From the NCBI GenBank assembly GCA_012295275.1, contig CM022677.1:12710001-12774000 (forward strand): a stretch of DNA of 64,000 bases, read 5' to 3'. Every line of letters begins with the position of its first letter. Position 1 is the stretch's first letter. The translations under genes were made by a program, and so were the position numbers. Below, one piece after another: positions 38,080-52,104 of this stretch. This DNA comes from Chrysomallon squamiferum (lineage: Eukaryota; Animalia; Mollusca). The notes beneath the pieces were generated by a model that saw nothing but the letters and a program-made list of their open reading frames with translations, was not told the DNA's origin and did no database searches.

Positions 38080-40214
38080 ATGCAGAAATATATTGAAGAC
38101 GCTACTAATACTTTTGAATATTACTCAATTATATTGGGACATAAAGAGTACGACTTGGTGCATCCCAACTATCTGGTTCCAAGATGCCTTGCGAAAGATA
38201 GGAACGGAAAATATGTTTACGCCACGGGAAAGAATTATATCAAGAGTTTCGTCATGGACCACCAAGACATTCTAGACAAGTGCGTGGACCATTGGTCGAC
38301 TCCGCAATCGGAGTTCATGATGAGAGGTCAGGATAGAGTGATAACTGAACTTAAAAACATGTTAAGGAATAGAAACTGGAAGATGCTGTTAGTGTACCAC
38401 GATAAATAGTGTGATATTGACTCCAACATACCTACAAATGGAAGTCATGTCCATATCATATGGAAAACAACCATGACACATCCAAGTCAAGATCGTCAAT
38501 ACAGACGTTTACACCGAGCTGTTCTGGCTGAAAAAGGGTATATAAAGTTAAGGAAGTTACGTCAGCCATACAAATACTCTGTATCTGAATTCATGAACTA
38601 CTTAATAAGAGATGACGAGAAAATGTTTTTAGGAACAAATTGTCCGGACATGCTCAATAAATGGATTCTATTACTGGATCAAGAACAAAACTGGCTAATA
38701 GACGATTATAATGAAAATACTGTATTCGAAGACACGTCTATCAACGAAGATATAAAGACATTTGAAGTTAAGCCTCCCAAGAAAAAAATGACGGTTCAGG
38801 AATTTTTAAATGAACACAATGACGTGTTACAACATGGACAAGGAATGACAGTAAAGGAGATAAATCAAGAAACAAAGAACATTATAGACATTGATGATGA
38901 TATTCCAACTAACAAGCCTGAAAAGATTCCAAGTCACCTCATGTCTACCAAATCAGCAGACACATTTGACTTTTTTTTACAAATTGGTTCAAAAGTATCC
39001 AGATGTGAATAAACTCAATATGCTCATAAGCAAATTTGATACATCGAGCAATGAATTTAAAGCTCTTTGTAATACTGTTGCCAACATATCTGGAGAAAAA
39101 ATATTTAAAGCAGCAAGAACCAAATACCTAATGGAACAAGCAGATAAAAGTGCCTACGATCAGATAAAAGCTCTCGACGATACCTAGAAAATTATATGAC
39201 ATCAGAAGATTCTTTGAAACTATTTAACAGTTGGTGCCAGGAACAAGAGATACCAGAGCGATGGTTCTATGTACTAATGAATACCCTTTTGAAAGGCAAA
39301 GGCAAAAAGAAAATTGGAATCTATTTACAAGGCGAGAGCGATTCCGGCAAGACAATGTTGTCGTCGAGTTTGTTTGAACCTTTGACATGTTCCGGTAAAA
39401 TAGCGAAAGACAATTTTCCATGGCAGATGCTGGGTGACAAAAAATTGTTATTGGAGAAGAAATCGCTATTACCCAAGTAAACAGAGACAAATACAAAGAT
39501 CTTCTCAGTGGCAGTAAGGCAACATGCGAGCGAAAGGGAACGACACCGGTGTATTGCAAAGCAAGCTTATGTATTTTAAACAGCAACATTCCTTTTGGAC
39601 AGAACATTACATCAACTCAAATGAGTATTATGAAAACTAGATTGTACTTCATCGAGCACTTGAAGAAAAGCAATACACTAAAACGAGCTAAATTATTCAC
39701 CTTGTGCGAAGATCCATCCGAAGACGAAATAATGGTTGCGATTGAAAACGATAAACAATTCTTTAACGATAAACTCAATCCACTACAAAATGACAAGACA
39801 ATTCAAGCTAAGTATAGTTACTTCCATGACTCTTTTGACAACGAATCACAAGAATCACGTGGAGTAAAGAGGCAATATGATAACATCGAAGCCTATATAG
39901 AAAATGAAGAGAAAGATCTCAATCAGAATGAAGACATCATCAATGAATCTCCAAAGAAGAAACGAAAAATTCTGAAAGCAAAACGATCAGACTGTGATAC
40001 GATAAGTGGTAACACGTCAGATGAACATTCTCAAGATCTGTTTATAGCATCTGAAGATGACAACAACCCTGCTGATAATACAGTTCCAGAAGCGTATATG
40101 AATAATAACCAAGCTTTGGAATTGATATCGAAGACATTATTCCGCCATCGCAAATTAATTATAAAGTGTTTGACATTTTTCGTTCCTATAAATGATATCA
40201 TTGGTGCTGTTTAA
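38080..40214 (+). pseudogene. NS1: Parvoviral NS1 replicase (HUH endonuclease + SF3 helicase), ~710 codons, disrupted
   Basis: Reading through TAG 38407 gives GSHVHIIW (HUH, 38446-38454); motif III NYLIRDDEK; Walker A GESDSGKT (39331-39354); Walker B IGEE after a frameshift near 39440; B' KDLLSG..ERK; motif C CILNSN; NLS PKKKRK (39951-39968). Frameshifts at ~38975, ~39180 and ~39440. Confidence 0.93.
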
Positions 40215-40387
40215 AATGTTAATCATAGTTACATTGTTACGTTAATAAAAGTTAAATAATTAAATTTACTTAGTTTGTCATATGTTTATATTAATTTTAT
40301 ATATAAATACAATGAAAAATAACATTATTAATAAATAAAAAAAAATAAAATAAAAAATGAAGTCGCTGAAAATTATATTTCAACTGT

Positions 40388-40560
40388 ACTCTTGTTATTG
40401 TAAAAAAACAACAAAGTTTAACTCATATTGGCTTTTGGCTTTTTGGCTTTTTAACCAAATGTACTTTTAACTTATGATCCTTCGGGTTTTGGCTTCGCCC
40501 GAAGGAACATTATCACCTTCGGGTTAAAAGTACATTTGTTAAAAAGCCAATAACAAGAGT
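40388..40560. repeat. EVE2 terminal hairpin 1
   Basis: Stem ttggctttttaaccaaatgtacttttaac / gttaaaagtacatttgttaaaaagccaa around a 51-nt branched core homologous to the EVE1 core; outer actcttgtta/taacaagagt also pair. Confidence 0.92.
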
Positions 40561-40564
40561 TTAG

Positions 40565-40759
40565 TTGTCAACCTAACTCTTATGATTTGCAAAGATCCTC
40601 ATTACTGGCTTTTGGCTTTTTGACCAAATGTACTTTAACGTATGCTCCTTCGGGCGAAGCCTAAGCACCTTCGGGTTAAAAGTACTTTTGGTCAAAAAGC
40701 CAAAAGCCAGTAATGAAGATCTTTGTTTTTTTTACAAATCACAAGAGTTAGGTTGACAA
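40565..40759. repeat. EVE2 terminal hairpin 2 (variant), ~75-bp arms
   Basis: Long imperfect palindrome around the 35-nt core gtatgctccttcgggcgaagcctaagcaccttcgg; a third partial arm lies at 40845-40890. Confidence 0.92.
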
Positions 40760-43629
40760 TATATCACGTCTTGTCTTTCACTCCCCCCACCCTATATACT
40801 TTTATTTTTATATTTTGAGATGACGTTATGTCACGTGACTATGCACTTTCGGGTGTTAAAGTACATTTGGTCAAAAAGCCAAAAGCCAGTCTGTTCAACT
40901 CTGTTATTTAAATAGGTCAACTGATTCCATTTTATGTTTTAACGATGTTTTATAGGGTACATTTTTACCAGAATTCTTGGTATTTATTTATTTTAAGTTT
41001 TGATTAGATTATTAAGTACAGTATTCTTTCAAAACAAAATTATTTAAAAATATAAAATTAAATTTAAAAAAAAAAGTATCTCCCTTAAACCAAACATTTT
41101 TTAATACGAAGTCTGTACTTTTATTTTAAATCAGTAATAAAGGATTTCTGACACTAAATCATTTTAAAAAAGTAACTTGTTTTATCACAGACTTGCCTGT
41201 ACTTGGTGCTGTGTCTGGTCCAAACATTCAGAATACTGAGTATATCTGATCACATCTTTCATGAACAACACTGTAACTTTGAATCTAAATTCAGTATCAC
41301 AATATTATAAATTCTTCAATAAGAACAGTCCATGATTCAAACAAGTAATGTTTTTAAAATGTTATTTTATCCAGTTATTCAGTTCTTTATATTTACTGTG
41401 GAGATGTTTTATCTTCTGTTTACTTAGTTCAGTACAGTCAGAAAACCTGAAGAACTTGGAGGCAAACTTGTCAAGTCATTTAGATTCAGTAGACATCAGT
41501 TCTTGTTAATAGCTTTCTGTGGTGACTGAAATATAAAATATTACATTCAAACATTTTAACAAGACCCACTATAATTTTATATTTTATCATTTGAATCTGA
41601 AGAAATGTTTTCAACCAATAATAAGTACAGTTAATTTAACTGAAATAAAATAAAGTTTAATTATATTTATTTAAACAGTCTTGTTGGACCTCTATTTTTC
41701 ATTGTATATATATATTTTCGTTCTTAAAGCAGTAACTTCCATTTTACTTTTAATTAAGTACATAAATTAATATATTTTATAAAAATTGACAACAAGTAAG
41801 ATCAGTAATATTTATGTGTTAATTTTTGAAGATACATTTTCTAAAGTACAGTCCTTTTCTCCCAACTGCTGTATCAATGTCATGTCTTTGCATCTACAGA
41901 TACCATTATTTAAAAAAAGAAAATTATATATAATAATAATATTAAAATATTCTCATATGGCATTAAATGATTTATATTTTACAGTTTATAAAGTCTAGTT
42001 GTAAACTGAATTACCTGTCCATTATACTCAACATTTGATTACAAAACATTGACCTAATAAATAAAATTGATTTACTGAAAAACTATAACATTTATCATTG
42101 GAAAGGATAGCAAATTATTATTTAAAAGTTACCTGATGTATTAAAAATTACAAATTATTTAGTCATAATAAATACATTTTACATCTTATATCATTATTAA
42201 GATACCTCTTGAAAATTATCTGCTTGTATGTTATTTTTTTTAAAATACAGAAGTATATAATTTTTAGTGTTCGTAACCAGCAAGTTTCTTCAGTTTTGTG
42301 TCAAACTTTATAATTAACAAGATTGTTCACCATAAATAAACAAAATAATATTTTGGATGTCTTTTTTTCTTGGATTTTAATAATAAAGAGTTCACTTTGC
42401 TTTTATCTTTTTTATTTATTTATTTTTTTATTTCAAAAACATAGGATGTTGTATATAAGATTTTTGTTAATAATACCTTTTCTGTTTTACTTATTTTCTT
42501 TTATAGTATTAGTTTAATTATATCTTTGAAACCTATAAAAAACAGCAGTTTCAAACCTTTGGTCTGTAGAGAACATTCTGCTCAGACAACATGGGGACAA
42601 TGTGAGAATTCTGTCACGTGAACTGACGTGATCAACATCGTGGACAACATGGACTGCAGTGGAAGTTCAGTCATCTGTAAATATAACATAGAAGTATATT
42701 AAAACTTATAACATACATATATATGATTAATAGTTTGTTAAATTTTTAATATACTAGTATTTGAATTGATAAATGTTTTAAAATCAACTAGTTTTAATAA
42801 ATAAGAATCTGAAATGATCCCAGAGCTCACTCTATCCTTGAAACATTACCGTTTCCCATTCCACACTGAGCTCCATTAATAATCTGTCTTGTATTGTGTC
42901 TGTGCCAGGTCTTAAACCACCATTAATTTCTACAGATTTTGGAATAATGTTTTAAAGAAATGAACAGTTTTATAAATTGTTAAATTCTAAATGAAAATTA
43001 GGATTATGTGATATCAGGTTTTAATTTTTTGGTCTTTTTTTTAAACATTTACAGTGTTTAAAGTTAAATTCTGTTAATTTACATATAATAAAAATAATAA
43101 TAAATAAATAATTAGTAAAATAATAGGTCTGTTTCAATAGCTGTTATATCGAGGAGAAACGTGATTTATGAATTTTTTTTAGCTGCTTTTCCTAATTATT
43201 TTCTTTCCTTATTTTATTTTCTAGTCAAATTGGTTATCAAGTATTTTATTTCACAGTGGTTAATCACTGGAATAAAGTGAGAGAGAAAACTGTAAACTAT
43301 GAATTAAACTGACTGCTGTGTTTTCAGTATGATTATCAAACACTTCTCACTAGTCAATGTGTAAGTCAGTGTATGAAGTGTGGGTAGGCACAGAATCAAA
43401 TCACATTAGTGCTTAAAACCGGACTGTTTCTGGCACCATTATAAAAGAAAGTGAAATGTGTCTTCCTGTCCATGTGTGCACACATAATTAAACATTTCAG
43501 ACAGAAAATCCTTGAATCTAGAAAATACAACAGATTTAGATAATTAAACCATTCAACAAAATCTGCAAATATTTCTGTTTTTCAGGTCAAAAGGATATTT
43601 TCTAAGTCATTCTAAGACAGTATTTATTA

Positions 43630-44800
43630 ATTATAATTTGTATTTATGTTTGTAGAGAGGAAGGAATGTGATGATATTTCTTCTAGATAAGATGAACAGC
43701 AAACTTGCCAAGTTGGGTCCTTTACTTTTCTGTAAAGTACTTTGTTTTCAAGAAATAATCTGTCCCATTGCCAGATTAGTGTGAAGAAACCTGATTCTTC
43801 TAATCTTCTCTCAGCTCTGCATGGAAGACCATGTAATACACCAATCTCCTTATTAACATGTCTTTTGCCTGCATCACTGCTAGTTCTTCTAAAGCTGGGA
43901 GATGATGTTGTGGCTTCCATAGTTTCATGAAATTGTTCCACTGTTACCATTTATTGTGTGACCTTTCTTCCACCACCTTTTATAACTTGTCTCATTGTCT
44001 GTGGAACTTCTGTACTACTTGCAGTATCTCTAAAAACTTGAAAACTTGAAAAGTTAACAGATATTGGAGCTGAAGTTAACTCCTCTTTTAAAGTATCTCT
44101 TTTGACAACTCTCATCCATAGCACCCTTTAACAATGCTTGATTTTTCTTATCTCAGAACCTGTTCATCAAAGAATGCAAAGGTCGAGCAGTAACTGAGAA
44201 TCCTTTAATGTATGATCTGAAGTAACTGGCAAACTGCAAAAATGACATCAGGTCCTTTGGTGTATTTGGAACTTCCCATTCAAGAACAGCCTTTATTTTG
44301 TCTGGTCCTGTAATTACCCCATCTCTAGACATCACGTCCTAGATATTTCACTTCTTTCTTAAGGAAACAGCGTTTGCTTGGTTTTAGTTTGAGCCCATGC
44401 TGTTTTAAAATTTTAAATACCTCTTCTAGTTTATCTATGCACACATAAAAAAACAGAACACTGAAATATCTGCTCTCTAAAGCAATGCTGCATGAGTCTT
44501 TGAAATGTGGCTGGTGCTCCTGATAAACCAAACAGCATACGATTGATTCAAACAAACCCACTGGAGTGATGAATGCAGTTTTGTCTTTGTTTTTATCCTC
44601 AACTGCAACTTAGTTGTATTCACTAGACATATCAGTGTAGTGAACCAATTTGCTCTGTGCAAAGCATCTAATGACTCTTCTATTGTAGTTAGTAGAAATC
44701 AGTCTTTCCTAGTTTTAGCATTCAGCCACCTGTAGTCCACACACAGATGAATTGTGTTGTCTGTTTTTCTCAATAGGAGATGAATATGGGCTATTTTTAT
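43630..44800 (-). mobile_element. Degenerate Gypsy pol fragment
   Basis: IRLCVDYRWLNAKT, HRANWFTTL, LKLKPSKRCFLKKEVKYLG and FASYFRSYIKGFS. The segment LEESGFFTLIWQWDRLFLENKVLYRKVKDP resembles 18225-18315 of the first Gypsy copy. Confidence 0.88.
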
Positions 44801-45241
44801 CTTTATTTTATTTTATTTTATTTTTTATCAAAATATACAGAAACCTTGAGATATGTGTACATTTCCAGATTTCTAAATAAAACAATTTAACTCAATGTTT
44901 CTTCTTGATACAATATAAGGACCATCTATGGACACTGATATTATAAAATACAGAATCATTAATTACAAAGATTTAAACTTACGATGTTTAGCATGTTTAA
45001 TTAATCATATAACATTGTTTAATAATGTAAAAAGTCTGAGATCAAAATAATGATTAAAATTACTATTATAATTTCATTTATTTATTTTATTTTTTTTTTT
45101 TTTTTTTTGATAATTAAACCAATATAACTTCATATTACCTTGTTGAATAAATTGATATTACATTAACCTTAATAGGGCCTCCTGCACTTTTTGATCACTG
45201 ATCTCTAGAACACCACAAATCAATCCTGAAAGAAAGATTTA

Positions 45242-45291
<50 letters not shown>

Positions 45292-45302
45292 GTAACAATA
45301 AC

Positions 45303-45336
<34 letters not shown>

Positions 45337-45339
45337 TAC

Positions 45340-46120
45340 TTTAATATAGGAAACACATTCTAAAAAAATAAGAATAATATATTTTCATATAGGATGTGCA
45401 CACTGAAAGAAAACAATTAACAGAAAACACAACAGAACAAATAGAAGTACACATGTAACATCAAGCAGAATGCTGATATGACAGAAACAATGGTGCCATT
45501 AATAGAAATAATAATAATATATTTTGAGATAGGATGAGAACTGATGACATCAATAACAGTATGAACAACGCCGTTACGTCACTGATATAAAGAATAATAC
45601 TATATTGTGAGACAGGATTAGCCCTGTCACAAGTAAGAAAAATAAAAACGAGAAGTACACAAAAACATTAAGAATAAGATGGCAACGTCAGCGACATTAA
45701 TAGTAATATATTCCTCACAGAAAGTGACAGTAACTATTAAGAGAAAGCACAACAGAATACACCAATACGATCAAGAAGAACACAGATACCACGGCAACGA
45801 CGTCAAAATTGATACAAATAAGAATAATCTATCTTACTACAGGATGTGCACACAGAAAGTGAGAATAACTATTAATAAAAAGAGAATAAAGAGAAGTACA
45901 CCAGTAAAATGAAGAAGAATGCAGATATGAAGGTAACAATAATGGGTGCACACTAAGAAAGTAAGAATAATAGTTAATAAAAAGAGCAAAATAATAAAGA
46001 GGAATACAACACAGATATGACGGTAACGTCACCGATATTAATGTTAATAATAATAATCTATTTCAATAGAGGATGTGCACACTGAAAGTGAGACTAACTA
46101 ATAATAGAAAGCACAACACA
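45340..46120 (-). repeat. Array of the ~120-bp dispersed repeat family
   Basis: Repeated taggatgtgcacac..agaagtacac..gacggcaacg motifs. Confidence 0.6.
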
Positions 46121-49100
46121 ATATGTTTCTATAGGTGTGTGTGTGTGTATAAAAACAAAGCAAAAAAAACATTACTGTATTGGATATTTAAATACAACAT
46201 ATTATTTTGATAGTTTAAAAAAAAATAATTGGGATAAAAAATTATGGCTATATATGTATTATAATCTGGCATTTAGAAATAAAGAAATGAAATTCAATTT
46301 AACAAAAAAGGTTGATAAAATTTTATATAATACATTTGTTTTTGTTCCAATGAGTGGCAATAAAAACATTTTTTTGTCCTTTTTCCTAAAAGTTCATGGA
46401 AATGACAATGTTTCCCATCAATGCAATAACTATCACAGCAGCAATGGAACAAACCTTAAACCTGTAGAGTCACAAAGATCAACATTAAAATACTACAGAA
46501 AGTTTCTACACCAATAACAAAATGTGTTACTGTAGAAAACAGAAAACAGAAATGCTTGAAGTTTAACTTCATTACCTAGCTAAAAGCTTAACTAAGACAA
46601 ATAAATGTAAGTGAATGTTATATTGTGTTACAGAACAGCAAAACATTTCACTTGCAGTTTTGGCTTCCATACTGCCAGAAGACCCTGTGTGAGTTATTGT
46701 ACTTGATGTCTGTACAGGATATACAACCTGCTCCAAAATATTTGCAAGTCACACACCCCATATGAACACTGCAAATGCAGCACGACAATTTATGGAGTTC
46801 ACTGACAGGTTTCCTACAGCAATTTGGTCACAATAAGGGAAGGACCTCTGCCTGTTACTCTTTCTGTGGTACAACATCAATCACTGATCAGTCTGTTTCA
46901 AGGGAGAGAACTTACTGCCTTGTAAGCAGGGAGTGCTTATTGTTTGAAAGCGAGCATATGTGTGTGTTATTTTACTTGGAGCCAGATGGGTTGCCATTTT
47001 AGATTTTGGCTCACACTTACCCCACTAGATCATGAATATCTGAAAATATAATCATCACAGGACCAATTTTCAAATTATGAATGAAAGAGCAATGGTGGGA
47101 GTTTCTAAAAAGTATACACTGGAAAAGAAAAAAAAAAAAAAAATCTAGTTACCCCTTAAGACCTTTATAAATTTATTTCCAGTCCAATCCATTAAGTCAT
47201 TTTTAATACGGTTTACTTATCTGCCATCATTATAAAACTATTTCATAATAATTAATTTAATTAAAATGAACATTATATAATTTAGATTAATGCTACTCCT
47301 GGAATAACCATTAAATAATTATAGAAACACTATTAAGACCTATAACTATGAAGTTGTTGTTTATATTTTAAAGAAAGAAAACAGAGACAAGAAAAAGTAT
47401 TTTTTGCATGTTTGAAGTCATGTTAAAAAAGCTTAATATTGTATGATGACAAAAGCTTCTTAACTTAATTTTTTAATTTCTATTTTACATTATAAACTTT
47501 TCAGACAATATAAACTTTCACAACTGTTTAAGAAAATTGTGTAAAATCTTTATTAACTGGGAATTTATCTCATTCCAAAAACTGGCATTATATGGTGGTA
47601 AATAAATCAGAAAGTTACATTTATTAGAGCACAAGAAAATGAAAGCATTACAGAAGAGAAATTTATACAACAAAATATATAATTAGTGAAAAATAACATG
47701 ACATTTCATGGCTTTTAAACCCCAGTTTAAGTTAGTTTTCAGTGGGAAGTTTATTTAATAAGCAGTTTTGTTTATTTATTTACTATTTATTTTATTTTAT
47801 TATTTTATTAGTTATTTTACCATTTCACAAGCAAATCTGCAGGGACAATTAAGTTTAAACAAAACAATTTCAGCACTGAAATATTTACTAATTATTATTA
47901 TTTAAATCAGTTTTGAATATATATATATATTTACATTTTCACCATCAATAGCAAAAATCCAAATTTATTAAATATGAAAAATATACATATTAGTGAAAAA
48001 TAAGCTACATAAAATATACTATCTGCTAATTGCACTAAATATTATATTTTCTCAGTTCTTAAAAAAAGTTTTTTGAAAATTAATCCAATTATTTTGTAGT
48101 ATTTTTATTTATTTACTGTTTTATTTTGTTAAAGTTTTGGAAAGCCGATAAAGCAGCACATGAATTTTGAAGTTTTATTTATGTCAAGAGTGATGTAGAA
48201 ATGTTGAAGATGTACCTACAGGATGCTGATACTCATCAGACTGCTCATTTTTGAATCACAGAAATTATAATCAGAATCTCCAGATAAAACATATGCCATT
48301 CTGAACTATACAATTTACAAATAATTATAATTTCAATCACTTTGAAAAACTGTTAGCAGCATTTTGAAGTGTATTTCCACAACATAATGTATAAAAAATT
48401 GTTTTGTAATGTCCATTTTTCAAAAACAAAATATCAAAAGGTTGAAATGCAAGTCATTTATAGTTAAGAAAATCATGTCATTCATGGTAACAAAAGACAA
48501 TAGTATAATTTAATACTTGAACTGCTATTGCTGTTTGGCTGTCATAAAGTTTATCTACCAATACCTACAATCATTATCACATGGCTGAAAGGCTTACTTC
48601 ATCATTCCTCATTATCTGTTGAGTATCCCTTTCTCAGCTGTTATGATTGAATACAACTAAGATGAGAAGTAATTTTCTATTTGATAAACCAGAAATTATA
48701 TTGATAATTACAGTAATAATATCATAATTTATTACTAAAGAAATATTGTTATTTCTCTAAGCAGATTAATATTATTTTCACAAAATTTTTTAGCAATTAA
48801 GTGAGAATGACCACAAGTAATTTAAAAAAATGGATTTATGACGGAGAAAAAAGAAAGACTGGTAAATATATAGAAAAGTAAAGTCAGGAAACTTTAAACA
48901 GAAGAGTTATATAAATAAAAAACATGGAGAAACACCTAGAGATAAATGTTCTTAGTTGATTAATATCAAACAAGAAACCAATTACAGGTATGAAATGAAC
49001 TTGTTATGTTAATGTCTTTTTTGTCACTCAAATAAAACTAGACATTATTGATAACTGTTCATCGGAAATCAATAAGAATAAACTGGAAATGTCAAAATCT

Positions 49101-51382
49101 ACAAACTGAAGGATATAAATGACTAAACTTGCAATTATATTTAGTTTCTAGATTAAAAATTAACTAGAGCTGCAGCAGCCAGTAAATAAAAACATTTGTC
49201 TTTTGCCTTTACTTTAATTTCTTTCTCCTATTACTAAAATTCAACTATACCTTTCACTGGCAACCGTTGAACTATATGCACTGTCAAGAACAGCTGAATT
49301 AACTATTATTTTTTAAAATAAACCTCAAAATGCTCCACAAACACGCTCATTATTTCGCTTTTGTATATAAAACACTTCATTTTCCTCCACTACGTAAATT
49401 AATCCCAACTTTTGAATCGTCGTTATCATTTACTTTTAAGTACAAAGTTGTCGTCTCTGTGACACAAATCAGCTCCGTCTGGTAACTTAAACACTAACAT
49501 ATACGGCTGCAAGTTTGTCTTTTATATATTTTCGTTAGCAAAGTCTCTATTCTGTTATCTTTCATCAACGCCGAGTTCACTAGACACTTTATCAGGATGA
49601 ACCCTTCACTTTCCTGCAATGATAACGCTATGACTATTTATTTTTCCAAATCTATAATATTCTGCTAACGCTTTAATTTCATCCATCCAACTGCTGTACG
49701 TTTTGTAACTTTCGGTCGGCGTCTTCAAATAAAAAAGAAATTAACAACAATGCCCTGTACCAAGATAAGATCCATCGTCAACACAAATTTACAAACGATA
49801 CATTACTCCAAAAAACATGAATAACAAGCACTCCTTCCGATAGAGTTCCATACACAAATCCAACACCAAACGTAATTGGCTGAATTATAAAACAGTGACC
49901 TATGATTTGATCTGTAACAAACATATCCAACCAATCAGCACTATTATAAGTTCTGCTGCAGTCCAACTCAATTACTGATTAACCATCCCGTTGTGGAACC
50001 CACACCAATTTGAAAATAGTTTTGAAACAAAAAAGCCATTGCATTAACTTTATCTTAATATGTATAGTTACTTTTATTATGTATTAATAAATATTGTATA
50101 AAAATGTATACTACTTAATTTAGTGTTTATATATTAGTTTACATTATATTTCTTATAAAACTTTGTCATTTATTAAAATAGAAATATATTTTAAAGTCAA
50201 AATGTAGCAATATTTACTTTTATTTTCTCATAATTTTTAAAAATATTTAAAAAATAAAAAAATAAATAAAAGAGAAAAATCTCAGGTCTTGTATTATTAT
50301 CCTGTGCAGTTTCTCCAGCTTAAAAAAAAAAACACATTAATTTATATTTCTCCGTATTTCTCTGCATCTCTTTATAGAAAAATAATACCTCCTTCTCTGA
50401 CATCGTTCTAAAGTAAAAATATTTAATACCACTTGCAGAAACTATTTATATATTTGATAAATAAAAGATTCTCTTTTTGTTGTTTTCTATTATTCTCTAA
50501 CATATAATATTGATAATTACAGAAATTATAAAGGGTATTATGGTTAATGTTTTGTATGTAACATACCAGAGATTATATTAAAAAAATAAAACAAGTTCTT
50601 ATTACTGGAAGAAACGGGATCCCGCTTGGCTAAAATGAAATTTTGTTATCTATCACAGTTTAGTTACATTGAAAATTACAGAAAGAGGCAAATCTTCTGG
50701 AGTCACAACGGTTATACTGCTTGTGTAATGACTAGCGCTATGGCCATAAGGCTGCAAGAAACCCAGGGGATATTTACCATTTTCTGATGCATTACAGCAA
50801 TCAGCACCGACAATACATCACTATATCTATTAATTTTGAGTACCACTGTACTAGCAGTAGTCCGAGAGGTCGCTTGTTTTCACAAAATACTCTGAGCACG
50901 CATGACAGTTTCAAACTTCCAGTTATATATTGTTAACTATAGCTATTATTTAAAAATTCTGTTTAATTATTTGGTTGTAAAAAAAAAAAAAAAAAACACG
51001 TCTGCTTCACAACAGCTTGCTCTGATTAGCACGTTAATTTGTTTTCAATTCCTATTCCAATATAGCCTACTTGATTCACCAAACATTTTATATATATAGG
51101 TGTACATGTATATGTAAATTTTAACAAATACATGAATCATGTTTTGGTTAAGCCGTATGCCCTTTATTTTCTTATTGAACTGAAGATTTTGAAAATAAAG
51201 GTTTCTGCCCGAAATCACTGTTCGGTTCTGATTATAATCTGTTTTCCTCTTTGTGTTCCTGTTGGTAAAATTACCATTCGCGTCTGCAAAAAAAACAAAA
51301 CAAAAAACAAAACAAAAAAAAAAACAGTGAATAAATAAATAAATAAAAATAAAAAATTAAATTAATTAATTAATAATAGTAA

Positions 51383-51413
<31 letters not shown>

Positions 51414-52025
51414 AAGAAGAAGAAGAATATATATGCTGTAAGAGATATAATTACAAAAATAAATAACTGAATTTTTAACAATCTTTTCGGATATTTTATA
51501 CCTTGTTTCAGTCTGTAATCGATGTGCAAACATTCTTATAATATTTCCATTTTAAAGTTAACCCTGTTTGGGCCTCCTTCCACCGGCTGTGTAGAAATAA
51601 TATTTATGCATGCATCTCTTAGTATACGAAATAAAAAAAAAAAAAATTTCTGTGGCAGGTTATATATCAAAATTAATTAACATTTAGAAGGAATAAACTG
51701 GAAAACCTGAAATTAAATTTTTTTAGGGGTTCATTATTTTTCTTTTAGCAAGTTGAGAAACCACATATTTTTTCAAACGTAACAAGACATATTCTCCCCA
51801 CTAACACTAATTCAACACATTTATTCCATCATCATTTGCTATCATTTGCTATAAATTATAAATATATAATAAAATAAATCCCATCAAGAATAGAGAAAAT
51901 AATAATATAAATAAGCGCATAGAATTTTATCGGTGTAGATCTCTCTCTCTCTCTCTGACTCTCTCTCTTCCTCTTTCTCTCTGTCTCTCTGACTCTCTGT
52001 CTATCTCTGTCTCCTTTTCTCTCTC

Positions 52026-52104
<79 letters not shown>

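Larger units (their letters stand above)
37216..40890 (+). mobile_element. EVE2: endogenous parvovirus-like element, VP (3' part) - NS1 - terminal hairpins
   Basis: Capsid fragment homologous to EVE1 VP, NS1 with HUH and SF3 motifs, and terminal palindromes homologous to the EVE1 termini. Confidence 0.93.

Noticed and set aside
38093-38275. Overlapping 60-aa ORF as a possible NS2
   Set aside because: TTG start, short, further stops follow and there is no recognisable motif.
41200-50020. Scattered GC-richer patches with splice-like borders (e.g. 42560-42680, 46620-47040, 49200-50020)
   Set aside because: Stop-ridden in all frames and not assignable to any family from sequence alone.
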